The position numbers and the translations under genes are program-made. 32,000 bases of DNA from Ktedonobacterales bacterium (GTDB taxonomy: Bacteria > Chloroflexota > Ktedonobacteria > Ktedonobacterales > JADMIN01), in assembly GCA_030167145.1 (NCBI GenBank), contig CP126532.1, positions 2,220,001-2,252,000 on the forward strand. Reading direction: 5' to 3'. The notes under the pieces were generated by a model, which saw only the letters and a program-made list of their open reading frames with translations, had not been told where the DNA came from and ran no database searches. Shown here piece after piece: positions 8,596 to 17,600 of this stretch (positions are counted from its first letter, which is position 1; each line of letters begins with the position of its first letter).

Positions 8596-9690
8596 TCAGG
8601 CGTTGTCCTGGCGCTGCATGTGCTCGGCAATTTCTTTGACGAGTTGCACGTGCTGTTTGGCGCAGACCAGCAATCTATCGCCGGTATCCACGATGATGAG
8701 GCCGTCTACCCCGGCGGTGGTGATGACGCGGCTGGTGGTGCTGAAGATGAGCGTGTCGCTGGTTTGGGTCTCGAAGTGCTGATTGGCTTCGAGGCCGACG
8801 ATGACGTTGGAAGCCTCGTTTTGATCGAAGAGGGTGGCGACCTGCGCCCAGCTACCGATGTCGTTCCAGCCGACGGAGATGGGCACGACGGCGATGCGGC
8901 TGGCGCGCTCCATGATGCCATAGTCTATGGTGATGTTTTCTTGCAGACGCGGCCAGAGGGCGGCGATGACTTGCTCAACGGCTGGCGTGACTTGGCCGCC
9001 GGTGCGCGCGGCGGCCTGGGCGATTTCGTCGAGGACATCGGCAATGGCGGGCAGATAGCGGCGTATTTCCTCGAGGATGCGGTCTACGCGCCAGACGAAG
9101 ATGCCGGCGTTCCAGACGTAGCAGCCTTCGCGCAGGTATTGCTCGGCGACGTGCAGTTTAGGCTTTTCGACGAAGGCGTCTACAACGTGTGCGCCGAGGC
9201 CGCCGGAATGGGCCAGCGCGGCGCCGAAGCGGATGTAGCCGTAGCCAGTTTCGGGGTAGGTGGGCTGGATGCCAAGGGTGACGAGGTAGCCCTGGTGGGC
9301 GGCGGTTTCGGCGAAGGCCAGGGCGTCGCGGAAGCCAGCAGGATCGGCGATGGCATGGTCGGCGGGGAAGCAGCCCATGATCGCCTGCGGGTCGCGTGCG
9401 GCGATGAGCACGGCGGCGAGGCCGATGGCGGCGGCGGTGCCGCGACCGGCAGGTTCGACGACGATCTGCGTTGGCGCGAGGCGCGGCAACTGCTCGGCGA
9501 CGGGCTGGCGATATGCGCCAGAGGTGACGACGTAGGTGGCGTCCAGCGGGCAGAGGGGCGCAATGCGCTCGACGGTCTCTTGCAGCATGGTGCGGGGTCC
9601 GGGCAGGCGCAGAAATTGCTTGGGAGTGGACTTAGTGCTGAGGGGCCAGAGGCGTGTGCCGCTGCCTCCGGCAAGGATGGCCGCATACAT
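8596..9690 (-). CDS. Mannose-1-phosphate guanylyltransferase (GDP-mannose pyrophosphorylase), nucleotidyltransferase-only form
   Basis: The N-terminal MYAAILAGGSGTRLWPLS signature is followed by YVVTSG, GTAAAIGLAA, ETGYGYI, VEKP and WNAGIFVW blocks. At 364 aa there is no C-terminal cupin/PMI domain. Confidence 0.9.
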   Translation of the reverse strand: MYAAILAGGSGTRLWPLSTKSTPKQFLRLPGPRTMLQETVERIAPLCPLDATYVVTSGAYRQPVAEQLPRLAPTQIVVEPAGRGTAAAIGLAAVLIAARDPQAIMGCFPADHAIADPAGFRDALAFAETAAHQGYLVTLGIQPTYPETGYGYIRFGAALAHSGGLGAHVVDAFVEKPKLHVAEQYLREGCYVWNAGIFVWRVDRILEEIRRYLPAIADVLDEIAQAAARTGGQVTPAVEQVIAALWPRLQENITIDYGIMERASRIAVVPISVGWNDIGSWAQVATLFDQNEASNVIVGLEANQHFETQTSDTLIFSTTSRVITTAGVDGLIIVDTGDRLLVCAKQHVQLVKEIAEHMQRQDNA

Positions 9691-9967
9691 GCTGCTATCG
9701 CTCTACTTTCCTTTGTATGGCCGCTATGAGGCGCTGGATGGTTGACGTTACACCAGGATGAACTGAGGTGCGCTGAGATGGTGCGGGTCGCTCGCATCTG
9801 GTGTGATGCGAATCGGGATGGCGAATCGCGCACTGTGGCGCGAATTGTGCGGGCATGTTCTGTGCCGCACCGCGTATCGTAGGCATTGTACTGAATGGCG
9901 CCGCGCATGGCAAGCGGAGTGGGCTACCCAGTTCCGCGGCGATGTAGGTCTGACGAGGGCGAAGCGT

Positions 9968-10354
9968 ATGGCGAAGACACCTTCTCAAAAGAGCGGCGGC
10001 TCGGAATCTAGCGATCCTTCGCGCCCCACGGACCCTAGCGACGCCGGGGACGGCACGCGGGATGCGCATCCGCCAGAAATTGGTACGTCGTATACGGAGG
10101 TCGAGCCGGGGTGGCAGGCGGTGCGCTCGCTGCGGCGGCTGCGGAATGACGCGCTGCTGGCGGTGATGCTGCGGCCATCGTTTCAGCCGGTGCGCGACCT
10201 GGAGTTGGTGCGAGTGCTGCGATGCCCGCATTGCGGTGATGGTGGGCTGCGCACGGCGGGGAGTGTGCGGGCGCGGCAAGGGCGGGCAATGGTGCGCGCG
10301 TGTGATACGTGCGCGGCGGTGGAGGTGGGGGAACGGCTGCTCAACGACGGCTAG
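9968..10354 (+). CDS. Hypothetical small protein with a C-terminal CxxC...CxxC zinc-ribbon
   Basis: ATG 9968 lies within track ORF 9803..10354. The N-terminus is disordered and acidic/Ser-rich, followed by RCPHCGDGG...ACDTCAAVEV. The competing minus-strand ORF 9695..10393 is Arg-rich nonsense. No strong RBS. Confidence 0.45.
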   Translation: MAKTPSQKSGGSESSDPSRPTDPSDAGDGTRDAHPPEIGTSYTEVEPGWQAVRSLRRLRNDALLAVMLRPSFQPVRDLELVRVLRCPHCGDGGLRTAGSVRARQGRAMVRACDTCAAVEVGERLLNDG

Positions 10355-10454
10355 GAAGCGGATCGCGGCCATCCGGACGCCAAAGACACGCATGCGTCAC
10401 CAAAGATGCGTCGCCGGTGAATGTGGGGCGACGCAGACAGGATGCGCAAGCATG

Positions 10455-10814
10455 CTACTGGCAGCAGAGCCAGCGGCTGCCATAGGCGCGCATGGCGTCA
10501 ATGACCTGGGCCAGCGCCTGGCCTTTTTCGGTGAGCGAGTATTCGACTTTGGGCGGGACCTCGGCGTAGGTCTGGCGGTGGAGCATGCCTTCGCGCTCAA
10601 GCGCGGTGAGGCGCTCAGAGAGGGTCTTGGGGCTGATGCCGACGAGGGAGCGCTCTAGCTCGCTGAAACGTTTGGTGCCGGTGGTGAGGTCGCGAATGAT
10701 GAGCAATGTCCATTTGCCACTGACGATCTCGGCGGTTTTGGCGACGGGGCACACGACTGTGTCATGCGATAGGGTGCTGGGCGCATCTTGCGCTACGGAT
10801 GTGTGTTGTGTCAT
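10455..10814 (-). CDS. HxlR-family winged-helix transcriptional regulator
   Basis: CPVAKTAEIVSGKWTLLIIRDL..GTKRFSELERSLVGISPKTLSERLTALEREGMLHRQTYAEVPPKVEYSLTEKG is a textbook HxlR pattern. ATG 10814 is preceded by GGAGGAG 9 nt upstream, so it is preferred over the track start 10967. Confidence 0.9.
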   Translation of the reverse strand: MTQHTSVAQDAPSTLSHDTVVCPVAKTAEIVSGKWTLLIIRDLTTGTKRFSELERSLVGISPKTLSERLTALEREGMLHRQTYAEVPPKVEYSLTEKGQALAQVIDAMRAYGSRWLCCQ

Positions 10815-11179
10815 AAGCTGCTGCTCCTCCCACGGGCCAATCGCGTGCCGGGAAGTGCGGTGTACACGAGAACCGCGCATGGTATCAGGAAATCTACATT
10901 TCGCCAGATAAAGCATAGCACGCACGGAGGGCAGAGTAAAGGTTTCCGGCATCGCTAGGGCGCACATTCGCGCGAATTCCGTATAATTGCCTGCCGTGTG
11001 ACTTGTGGAAGCGGATGCTCCATGCTAGAATTGCGCCACGAGGCTGGCGACGCGCTGCTTGCGCTTCGGTCTCATCTTCCTCACCTGTATTCTCTTCGTT
11101 CTTGTCCATTCCGGTCGCAGCGCCGTCATCGTTCATCTCCTGATTCATCTTTCTCTATGCTTGCTACTGCGACCGGAAC

Positions 11180-12709
11180 GTGAGGGGCGGCGCATTTGGC
11201 CGCCTAAGGGAGCGCCAATTGAGCGAGACCACCATACCGCAGGCCAGCCAGACGCCGACATCGAGCAGCGCCGATGCGCTGCGGCGAGCGGGACGCTATG
11301 CCTCGTACATCTTCTGGCTGATGTTCATCATCAACTTTCTGAATTATCTGGACCGGTGGGTGTTTACGGGTCTCAGCCCGATCATCCAGCAGGATCTCAA
11401 GATCAATGATTTCGAGATCGGGTTGCTGAGCAGCGCGTTTCTGGTGGTGTACACGATTGTGGCGATGCCACTGGGCTTCCTGGCGGACCGCGTCGCGCGG
11501 CGGACGATTGTGGGCGCGGGGGTGGCGATCTGGAGCGTGGCAACGGCGCTGACGGGGCTGGTGGGCAGCTTCGGCGCGCTGCTGGGGGTGCGCGCGCTGC
11601 TGGGCATCGGCGAGGGCAGCTATTATCCGGCGGGCACACCGATGCTGGCGGCGTACTATTCGCCCGCGCGACGGGCGCAGATTCTTTCGCGGTGGAGCAC
11701 GGCGGCGCTGATTGGCGCGGGCATCGGCTTTCTGTTCGCGGGCTTTTTCTCCAGCGCGGGGGCGTGGCGCTACGCCTTCTTCTTCACTGGCATCCCTGGG
11801 TTAATCTTCGCTTTCTTGATTGGCACGGTACGCGAGAAGACGCGGCACGAAGAGGATCCGGTGGCGGAGAAGTTGCCGGGCGAGGGTGTATCTACGATGG
11901 ATCGGGTGCGCACGTACCTGCATATTCCGACGTTTCGGGTGGTGCTGGGCACGCATCTCTTCGGCTTCTTTGCGCTGACGGGGGTGACGACGTTCCTGCC
12001 AATCTATTTGACGGACGCCTATGCGAAGGTGGTGATCAAGCGCGATCAGTTCGGCCACATTCTCCCTGAACAGCCGGGGCCGTATCCGCACGCGGGATTG
12101 AGCGCGGGCATCGTGCCGATTCTGGCGGGGGGACTGGTGCTGGCGGGCGGTATTCTCGGTAATCTGGCGGGCGGCATCATCGCCGACCGGCTGAGCAAGC
12201 GCAACACGGGGGCACGGGTGTTCACGGGTGGGTTGGGCTTTTTGCTGGCGGCGCCGTGCGTGCTCATCGCGATTGGGTCGCCGTATGCGTTGCGGGCGCT
12301 GCCCGCGTATACGAGCGCGAGCGAGGGGACGCAAGTGGCGATTGGGGTGGCGATCTTCGCGGTGTTCGCGCTGCTGGCGGCGTTTTTCCTGAATCTGTAC
12401 AATGGCCCGATGAGCGCGGCGCTGCTGGATGTGGTTCCGGCGGCTGAGCGCGGCGCGGCGGGCGGCACGGAGCTGACGCTGGCGCATCTGCTGGGCGATG
12501 TGTATGCGGCGGCGGCAATTGGCGGGCTTGCCGAGTTGCTGAGCCGGGCGCTGGGCGGCGAGCAGATTGGGCTGGCGATGCTGGTAACGTGCCCGCTGGT
12601 GCTGGTGATTTCCGGCGTCATTGGGATTCGCGGCAGCAAGTATTATGCGAAAGATGTGGCGGCGCTGGGGACGACGGCGGGTGAGATGCTGGGGACGCGA
12701 GCGGGATAG
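11180..12709 (+). CDS. MFS transporter
   Basis: About 12 hydrophobic segments. MFS motif A-like GFLADRVARRTIV lies between TM2 and TM3, and there is a central cytoplasmic loop. The start is uncertain: GTG 11180 (track) or TTG 11219, which is preceded by TAAGGGAG. Confidence 0.85.
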   Translation: MRGGAFGRLRERQLSETTIPQASQTPTSSSADALRRAGRYASYIFWLMFIINFLNYLDRWVFTGLSPIIQQDLKINDFEIGLLSSAFLVVYTIVAMPLGFLADRVARRTIVGAGVAIWSVATALTGLVGSFGALLGVRALLGIGEGSYYPAGTPMLAAYYSPARRAQILSRWSTAALIGAGIGFLFAGFFSSAGAWRYAFFFTGIPGLIFAFLIGTVREKTRHEEDPVAEKLPGEGVSTMDRVRTYLHIPTFRVVLGTHLFGFFALTGVTTFLPIYLTDAYAKVVIKRDQFGHILPEQPGPYPHAGLSAGIVPILAGGLVLAGGILGNLAGGIIADRLSKRNTGARVFTGGLGFLLAAPCVLIAIGSPYALRALPAYTSASEGTQVAIGVAIFAVFALLAAFFLNLYNGPMSAALLDVVPAAERGAAGGTELTLAHLLGDVYAAAAIGGLAELLSRALGGEQIGLAMLVTCPLVLVISGVIGIRGSKYYAKDVAALGTTAGEMLGTRAG

Positions 12710-12722
12710 GGGTAGGCTAGCA

Positions 12723-13172
12723 TCACTCAGGCGCTGGCCGAAGGTCGCTGTCGGGCGGCCAGCGACCAGCTTCCACCCAGAATTGGCGAGCGACGACGAT
12801 AAAATCGTTGTTGAGGCGTAATGCCTCGGCAGAGGCTCGGCCTGTCGGCGTCCGCCCTTCGATGCGCGCTCCATCGAGGGACCATGTGAAGTGCTCAATC
12901 CAGTTCTGGGTGCGCGGGTTGAAAAGAGGAGCAAGCTGACTGGTGAGTGGATCGGTGGCGTCGGTGCGATCTCCCTTAAAATCGTTGCAGCGTGTACAGG
13001 CCAGCCAGAGATTTTCGCGTACTGTAGGGCCACCAAGAGCTTCGGGAACAAGGTGCTCAATGTCTAGCGGCATGCCGAGGAATGCCTCAGGTGAGTGACA
13101 ATAGCCGCATTGGGCATTGGCGTCTGCGCGCACCTGGCTTCGAAGTTCGGCGGAAATATAGGCTCGTGACAT
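12723..13172 (-). CDS. HNH endonuclease
   Basis: CGYCHSPEAFLGMPLDIEHLVPEALGG...NLWLACTRCNDFKG shows the HNH/zinc-finger nuclease motif (CxxC...H..N...CxxC). ATG 13172 lies 10 nt after the stop of the upstream ORF; the track's 13340 start runs into that gene. Confidence 0.85.
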   Translation of the reverse strand: MSRAYISAELRSQVRADANAQCGYCHSPEAFLGMPLDIEHLVPEALGGPTVRENLWLACTRCNDFKGDRTDATDPLTSQLAPLFNPRTQNWIEHFTWSLDGARIEGRTPTGRASAEALRLNNDFIVVARQFWVEAGRWPPDSDLRPAPE

Positions 13173-13182
13173 CGTCCAAGCC

Positions 13183-13599
13183 TTATGCAGTCGCAGGGAA
13201 TGGCGGCAGCCGGTGGCCACGCCACTTGAGCAAGACCGCCGCATACGCTTTCTGGAGCATGAGCAGGTCCGCGGCATCCTGGAGTTGGTCGAGTTCCGCC
13301 TGCTCCTCCAAGGGAAGTGTGCCGCCGCGCCGCTGTTCACGGAGATCGCTCAGCCGGGTGTATTGATCCTCAGGGAAGATAGCGCGCATGAGCCGCCAGA
13401 GTTCGTCGTCGCTCAGACTTTCCTGCGCTTGGAGTGCATCACGGGTGGTGGGCGAGAGATCATCTGGCAGTGGTGGCATGCTTGAGGATAGCGTCTTTAC
13501 AATCAACCCTTCCAGCGGCTGCTTTGTGAGGGCGGCCAGCCGTTCGAGGCGGCGGTACAGGTCGTCCGGCAGATGAATGGTAACGGTATCCGTAGCCAT
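13183..13599 (-). CDS. Hypothetical protein with an RHH (CopG/Arc)-like N-terminus, coupled to the HNH gene
   Basis: TVTIHLPDDLYRRLERLAALTKQPLEGLIVKTL fits a beta-strand/helix/helix RHH layout. AAGGGAG lies upstream of ATG 13599. The stop is 10 nt before the HNH start. Confidence 0.6.
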   Translation of the reverse strand: MATDTVTIHLPDDLYRRLERLAALTKQPLEGLIVKTLSSSMPPLPDDLSPTTRDALQAQESLSDDELWRLMRAIFPEDQYTRLSDLREQRRGGTLPLEEQAELDQLQDAADLLMLQKAYAAVLLKWRGHRLPPFPATA

Positions 13600-13768
13600 G
13601 ATGACACTGCGCTCCCTTCTTGCTGCTTTTCACCCGAATGGCTGGCGACTATTTGTGTTCGCAGTGTATCACGCGATGGTGACAAAGCGCCCAACCCCCG
13701 CGCGCGCTGGCACGTATAGGGGCGCAGAGGCGCTAGGCAGAGGAGAGGCAGAGAGAGGAGCGTGAGCC

Positions 13769-15406
13769 ATGGAGCGAGATGTGGAGACGACGATTCAGGT
13801 GGTGACGGTGTATCCCGACCGGGCGCTGGTGGAGCGCGCGGGCACGGTGGCGATTGAGGCAGCGGGTGAGCATGCGCTGCGGGTGCGCGGGCTGCCGCGC
13901 AGCCTGTTCCGCGAGTCGCTGCGCGCGACGGGGCGTGGACCAGCGGGCACGCGCATTCTGGGCATCGAGCAGGAGAGCGAGATTCACGAGGCGCCGCCCG
14001 AAGAGACGCTGCGCGCGCTGCGTGAGGAGATCAGCCGCTTGCAGCGGGCGCTCGAATTGATTGCCGAGCGGCAGAAGATTCAGGAGGAGCAGCGCGGCTG
14101 GCTGCGGACGCTGGGCGAGTGGTCGGCACGGAGCTTGGCGCGGGGCATCGCGGGGGGCACGGCGAAGCCGGATGACGCGGGAACGCTCTTTACGTATACC
14201 AGCGCCGAAGCGGACCGGCTGGCGGAGGCGCGCATCGAGATGGAGCGGCGGCGGGAGGAGACGCAGCGCGAGCTAGACGCGCGCAACCGCGAGCTGCGCG
14301 AGCTTGGCGGCGCGTTCCCCGACCGGCTGGCGGCGGTGGTACGCATCCAGGCGGCGGAGGCGGGAGAGTTCGAGGTGCGGCTCTCGTATCTCGTGCCAGG
14401 GGCGTCGTGGGAGCCACGCTATGATGCGCGGGTGGATAAGGAGGGGTCGCGCGTGCGGCTGACGCAGCAGGCGCTGGTGAGCCAGCGCACGGGGGAGGAA
14501 TGGCGCGGCGTGGCGCTGGCGCTCTCGACGGCGCAACCCGCAGCGGCGATGACGCTGCCGAAAGAGCCAGACCCGTGGTATGTGGATGTGGTGACGCCGC
14601 GCCCGGTTCCTCCACCGCAGCCGATGGCAGTGCGCGGCCCGGTGATGGCGCGCAGCATGGTGACGGCCGCGCCCGCGATGGCGTATGGCGCGGTGGCGGA
14701 GGAGATGGCGGCGGATATGATGCAGGCCAAGATGGTGGATGCTGCGCTGGCTGGCGCGGATATCGAGCGGTCTGGGGCGGCGCAGATCTTCCGGGTACCG
14801 GGTGGGGTGGATGTGCCATCGGATGGGATGCCGCATACGCTGGGCCTGGGCGACGCCGACCTGCCATGCCGCTTCGATTACGTGGCCGCGCCGGTGCTTG
14901 CGCCAGGGGCGCACCTGCGCGCGGAGGCGACGAATACGACGGGCGGGGTGCTGCTCCCCGGCGAACTTCATGTGTTCCACGCGGGTACGGCTGGCGACGA
15001 GTATATCGGCGCGACGCGGCTGGACCTGACGGCGGAGAACGCGGATATCACGCTGTATCTGGGTGTGGACGACAATATGCCGGTGAAACGCGAACTGGCC
15101 GAGCGCGACACGGATAAGGCGGGGCTGCTGAAGCAGGGGATACGCCGCGTCACCATCGGCTACCGCGTGACGCTGGGCAATCGCACTGGCGCGGCGCAGC
15201 GCATCACGCTGAAGGACCGGCTGCCTGTGCCGCGCAGCGAGCGCATCAAGCTGAATGTGTTGGAGATTAAGCCGTCACCGGCGACGCGCACGCGGCTGGA
15301 GCAGTTGGCGTGGGAACTGACACTCGCCCCCGGCGAAGAGCGGCGCGTGGAGTGGCGCTTCACCATCGAGGCGCCGGGGGACCTGGAACTGGCGGGGCTG
15401 CCGTGA
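13769..15406 (+). CDS. DUF4140/DUF4139-domain protein (MuiA, 'mucoidy inhibitor A' family), function unknown
   Basis: The N-terminus IQVVTVYPDRALVERAGTVAI...LRVRGLPRSLFRESLRATGRG is followed by a coiled-coil segment. The C-terminal part has the pattern SYLVPGASWEPRYDARV ... TLKDRLPVPRSERIKL, which I associate with this family. GAGGAG RBS upstream. Confidence 0.7.
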   Translation: MERDVETTIQVVTVYPDRALVERAGTVAIEAAGEHALRVRGLPRSLFRESLRATGRGPAGTRILGIEQESEIHEAPPEETLRALREEISRLQRALELIAERQKIQEEQRGWLRTLGEWSARSLARGIAGGTAKPDDAGTLFTYTSAEADRLAEARIEMERRREETQRELDARNRELRELGGAFPDRLAAVVRIQAAEAGEFEVRLSYLVPGASWEPRYDARVDKEGSRVRLTQQALVSQRTGEEWRGVALALSTAQPAAAMTLPKEPDPWYVDVVTPRPVPPPQPMAVRGPVMARSMVTAAPAMAYGAVAEEMAADMMQAKMVDAALAGADIERSGAAQIFRVPGGVDVPSDGMPHTLGLGDADLPCRFDYVAAPVLAPGAHLRAEATNTTGGVLLPGELHVFHAGTAGDEYIGATRLDLTAENADITLYLGVDDNMPVKRELAERDTDKAGLLKQGIRRVTIGYRVTLGNRTGAAQRITLKDRLPVPRSERIKLNVLEIKPSPATRTRLEQLAWELTLAPGEERRVEWRFTIEAPGDLELAGLP

Positions 15407-15507
15407 TACGCTGTCCACTAGCAGGCGCACGCTAGCAGAGGCCGGAAGGTGTCCGCTGGATGTGAGCAGGCTGCCGATCCACCTGGATAGCAAAGGAGCT
15501 ACCTGTA

Positions 15508-17154
15508 ATGAGTCAACCGCCAGCCGATGTCGTGATCCAGCATGGCCGCGTGTACACGCTTGACAGCGCAACGCCCTGGGCGCAGGCCGTCGCTATCCGC
15601 GACGGCCGCATTATCTGGATTGGGCAGGATGACGAGATCGGCAGCCAGATTGGCCCAGAGACGCAGGTGCGGGATGTCGCGGGGAGATTGGTCCTTCCCG
15701 GCTTCATAGACAGCCATAACCATATTCGCTTAGGCTCGGACGCCGATTGTATCCAATTGGCGGGCGCGGCCAGCCTGGAGGAGATAGGGGCGAGAATCTC
15801 CGCGTGGTTGGGCGAGCATCCAGAGGTGGACTGGATAGAAGCCGAAGGGCTTAACTATACGGCGATTCCTGATGGTCGCATGCCCACCGCCGCTGATCTA
15901 GATCGTATGACTGGCGGCCATCCTGCCTTTGTCTTCACCTACGATGTTCATAACGTCTGGCTCAACTCCGAGGCGATGCGCAGACTCGGTATTCATTCCG
16001 GCGGGCAGGAATTGCCATTTGGTGTGGCGCGTGCTGACCCCGCCACTGGGGAGCCGACAGGTTTCGTGACGGAGTTTGCGGTGCGGGGACTCTCGCGAGC
16101 GGGACAGCGCGGGCTGCGCGATCAGGTGCCGTGGGCTGGGGATGAGCGCCGGTATCGCCGGTTGCTCCATAGTCTGGAACTCGCCGCCGCCTGTGGCATT
16201 ACCACGATTGTGGAGCCGCAAAACTCGCTCGACGATCTGCCGCTGTTCGAGCGCGCACGGCGTGAGGGGCGCTTGCGGTCGCGGCTGATCGCCGCGCTGT
16301 TTCATCCGCGTGGCACAACCGACGATGAACTCGACATGTTCACGGAAGCTGCTCAGCAATACAACGATGAGTGGTTTCGAGTGGGGCCGATCAAGCTGTA
16401 CATTGATGATGTCGTCGAGCCGCATACCGCCGCGCTACTCGCGCCCTATGCGCATGATGCCGTGTGGCGTGGTGAGACATTCTACACGCCGGATGAGTTC
16501 GCTCAACTTGTGGCCAAGCTGGATCGGCGCGGCTTCCAAACGTTCACCCATGCGACCGGTGATCGTGGCATTCGCACCGCGCTGGACGCCATCGAGCATG
16601 CCCGCAACGTCAACGGCGCGCGCGACGCGCGCCACCAATTGGTGCATGTGGAGTGCCTGGCGGCTGAGGATGTTGCTCGCTTCAGCAAGCTCGGCGTGGT
16701 GGCCTGCATGCAGCCGCGTCACTGTGCGCCTGATATTGCCGGGCCTGGGCATGATTGGGCGGAAGCTGTGGGGCGTGCGCGCTGGGCACAGGCGTGGCCG
16801 TTTCGCAGCCTGCACGAGGCAGGAGCGACACTGGCGTTTTCGAGCGATTGGAATGTGGCGGAGATGGAGCCGCTGGTGGGTATCTACACGGCGCTGACGC
16901 GGCGCAGCCGCGATGGCGGGGAGGCGTGGATGCCCGAAGAGACGGTTGACCTGCCCACCGTACTGCGCGCCTATACGCTGGGTGGGGCGTATGCCAACTT
17001 CCGCGAGCACGACCTGGGTTCGCTCACGCCTGGCAAGCTGGCGGACCTTGTGGTGCTCTCAGATGACCTGTTCAGTCAGCCCCCTGAAGCGGTGAAGGAT
17101 GTCCAGGTTGACCTGACGATGGTTGGCGGGCGGTTCATCTATGAGCGGGTATAG
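15508..17154 (+). CDS. Amidohydrolase-family metal-dependent hydrolase (YtcJ / Amidohydro_3-like)
   Basis: LPGFIDSHNHI carries the HxH metal motif, and KLYIDDVVEPHTAALL, THATGDRG, HVECL and FSSDW blocks follow. AAAGGAG RBS sits 8 nt upstream of the ATG. Confidence 0.85.
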   Translation: MSQPPADVVIQHGRVYTLDSATPWAQAVAIRDGRIIWIGQDDEIGSQIGPETQVRDVAGRLVLPGFIDSHNHIRLGSDADCIQLAGAASLEEIGARISAWLGEHPEVDWIEAEGLNYTAIPDGRMPTAADLDRMTGGHPAFVFTYDVHNVWLNSEAMRRLGIHSGGQELPFGVARADPATGEPTGFVTEFAVRGLSRAGQRGLRDQVPWAGDERRYRRLLHSLELAAACGITTIVEPQNSLDDLPLFERARREGRLRSRLIAALFHPRGTTDDELDMFTEAAQQYNDEWFRVGPIKLYIDDVVEPHTAALLAPYAHDAVWRGETFYTPDEFAQLVAKLDRRGFQTFTHATGDRGIRTALDAIEHARNVNGARDARHQLVHVECLAAEDVARFSKLGVVACMQPRHCAPDIAGPGHDWAEAVGRARWAQAWPFRSLHEAGATLAFSSDWNVAEMEPLVGIYTALTRRSRDGGEAWMPEETVDLPTVLRAYTLGGAYANFREHDLGSLTPGKLADLVVLSDDLFSQPPEAVKDVQVDLTMVGGRFIYERV

Positions 17155-17279
17155 CTTCTGAGTATGGTGGCTCCTAGTACATGCAGCGGGCATGGCGTAT
17201 CACTGTGTAATGGTACCGAGAATCAGGAAATGCAATAGCGTCGTTACGGAAACAAGCATCTGGCAAACGGGGGTATCTT

Positions 17280-17600
17280 ATGACGCATCACACGACCATT
17301 ACGTTGAGTGACGACGAATATGCTGTCATCTCCGCAGAAGCGGCAAAGAGCGGAAAAACTGTTGAGGCGCTGCTTCACCAGGCAGTGACGCAACGGCTCG
17401 TAGCCCAGCCCGATGCGACGCGACCGCTTACGCGGCAGGAGTTGCAGCACTATCTGTATCGTGAGGGGATCGCGGAAAACATCCCCACCAACGAGCCTGA
17501 TACCCTGGACGAAGAAGCTGAGCGCCAGCGATTGGCCGCGCTATTCGGCCAGGGCAAACCAGCCTCGGAGATGGTGATCGAAGATCGAGGCCCCCGCTGA
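17280..17600 (+). CDS. VapB-like antitoxin (RHH-like N-terminus)
   Basis: TTITLSDDEYAVISAEAAKSGKTVEALLHQAV is RHH-like. The stop TGA (17598-17600) overlaps the ATG of the PIN gene by 1 nt (TGATG). Confidence 0.7.
   Translation: MTHHTTITLSDDEYAVISAEAAKSGKTVEALLHQAVTQRLVAQPDATRPLTRQELQHYLYREGIAENIPTNEPDTLDEEAERQRLAALFGQGKPASEMVIEDRGPR

Noticed and set aside
10355-10454. ACGCATGCGT palindrome and CCAAAGA direct repeats between the convergent zinc-ribbon and hxlR genes, considered as a bidirectional terminator.
   Set aside because: The stems are short and interrupted and there is no T/A-run on either side. I could not draw a convincing hairpin, so no feature is reported.
10894-11148. 84-aa minus-strand ORF with an acidic N-terminus (MNQEMNDDGAATGMDKNEENTGEEDETE...) in the hxlR/MFS intergenic region.
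   Set aside because: The acidic run is simply the complement of the pyrimidine-rich tract. The C-terminal half overlaps the hxlR upstream region in another frame. There is no RBS and no recognisable fold.
15407-15507. GGCCGGAAGG motif (about 15444-15453) reminiscent of the SRP (4.5S) RNA GGAA tetraloop helix.
   Set aside because: The flanks do not pair into the required helix 8 and the conserved AGCAGC-type 3' strand is missing. The gap most likely just holds the RBS and promoter of the amidohydrolase gene.
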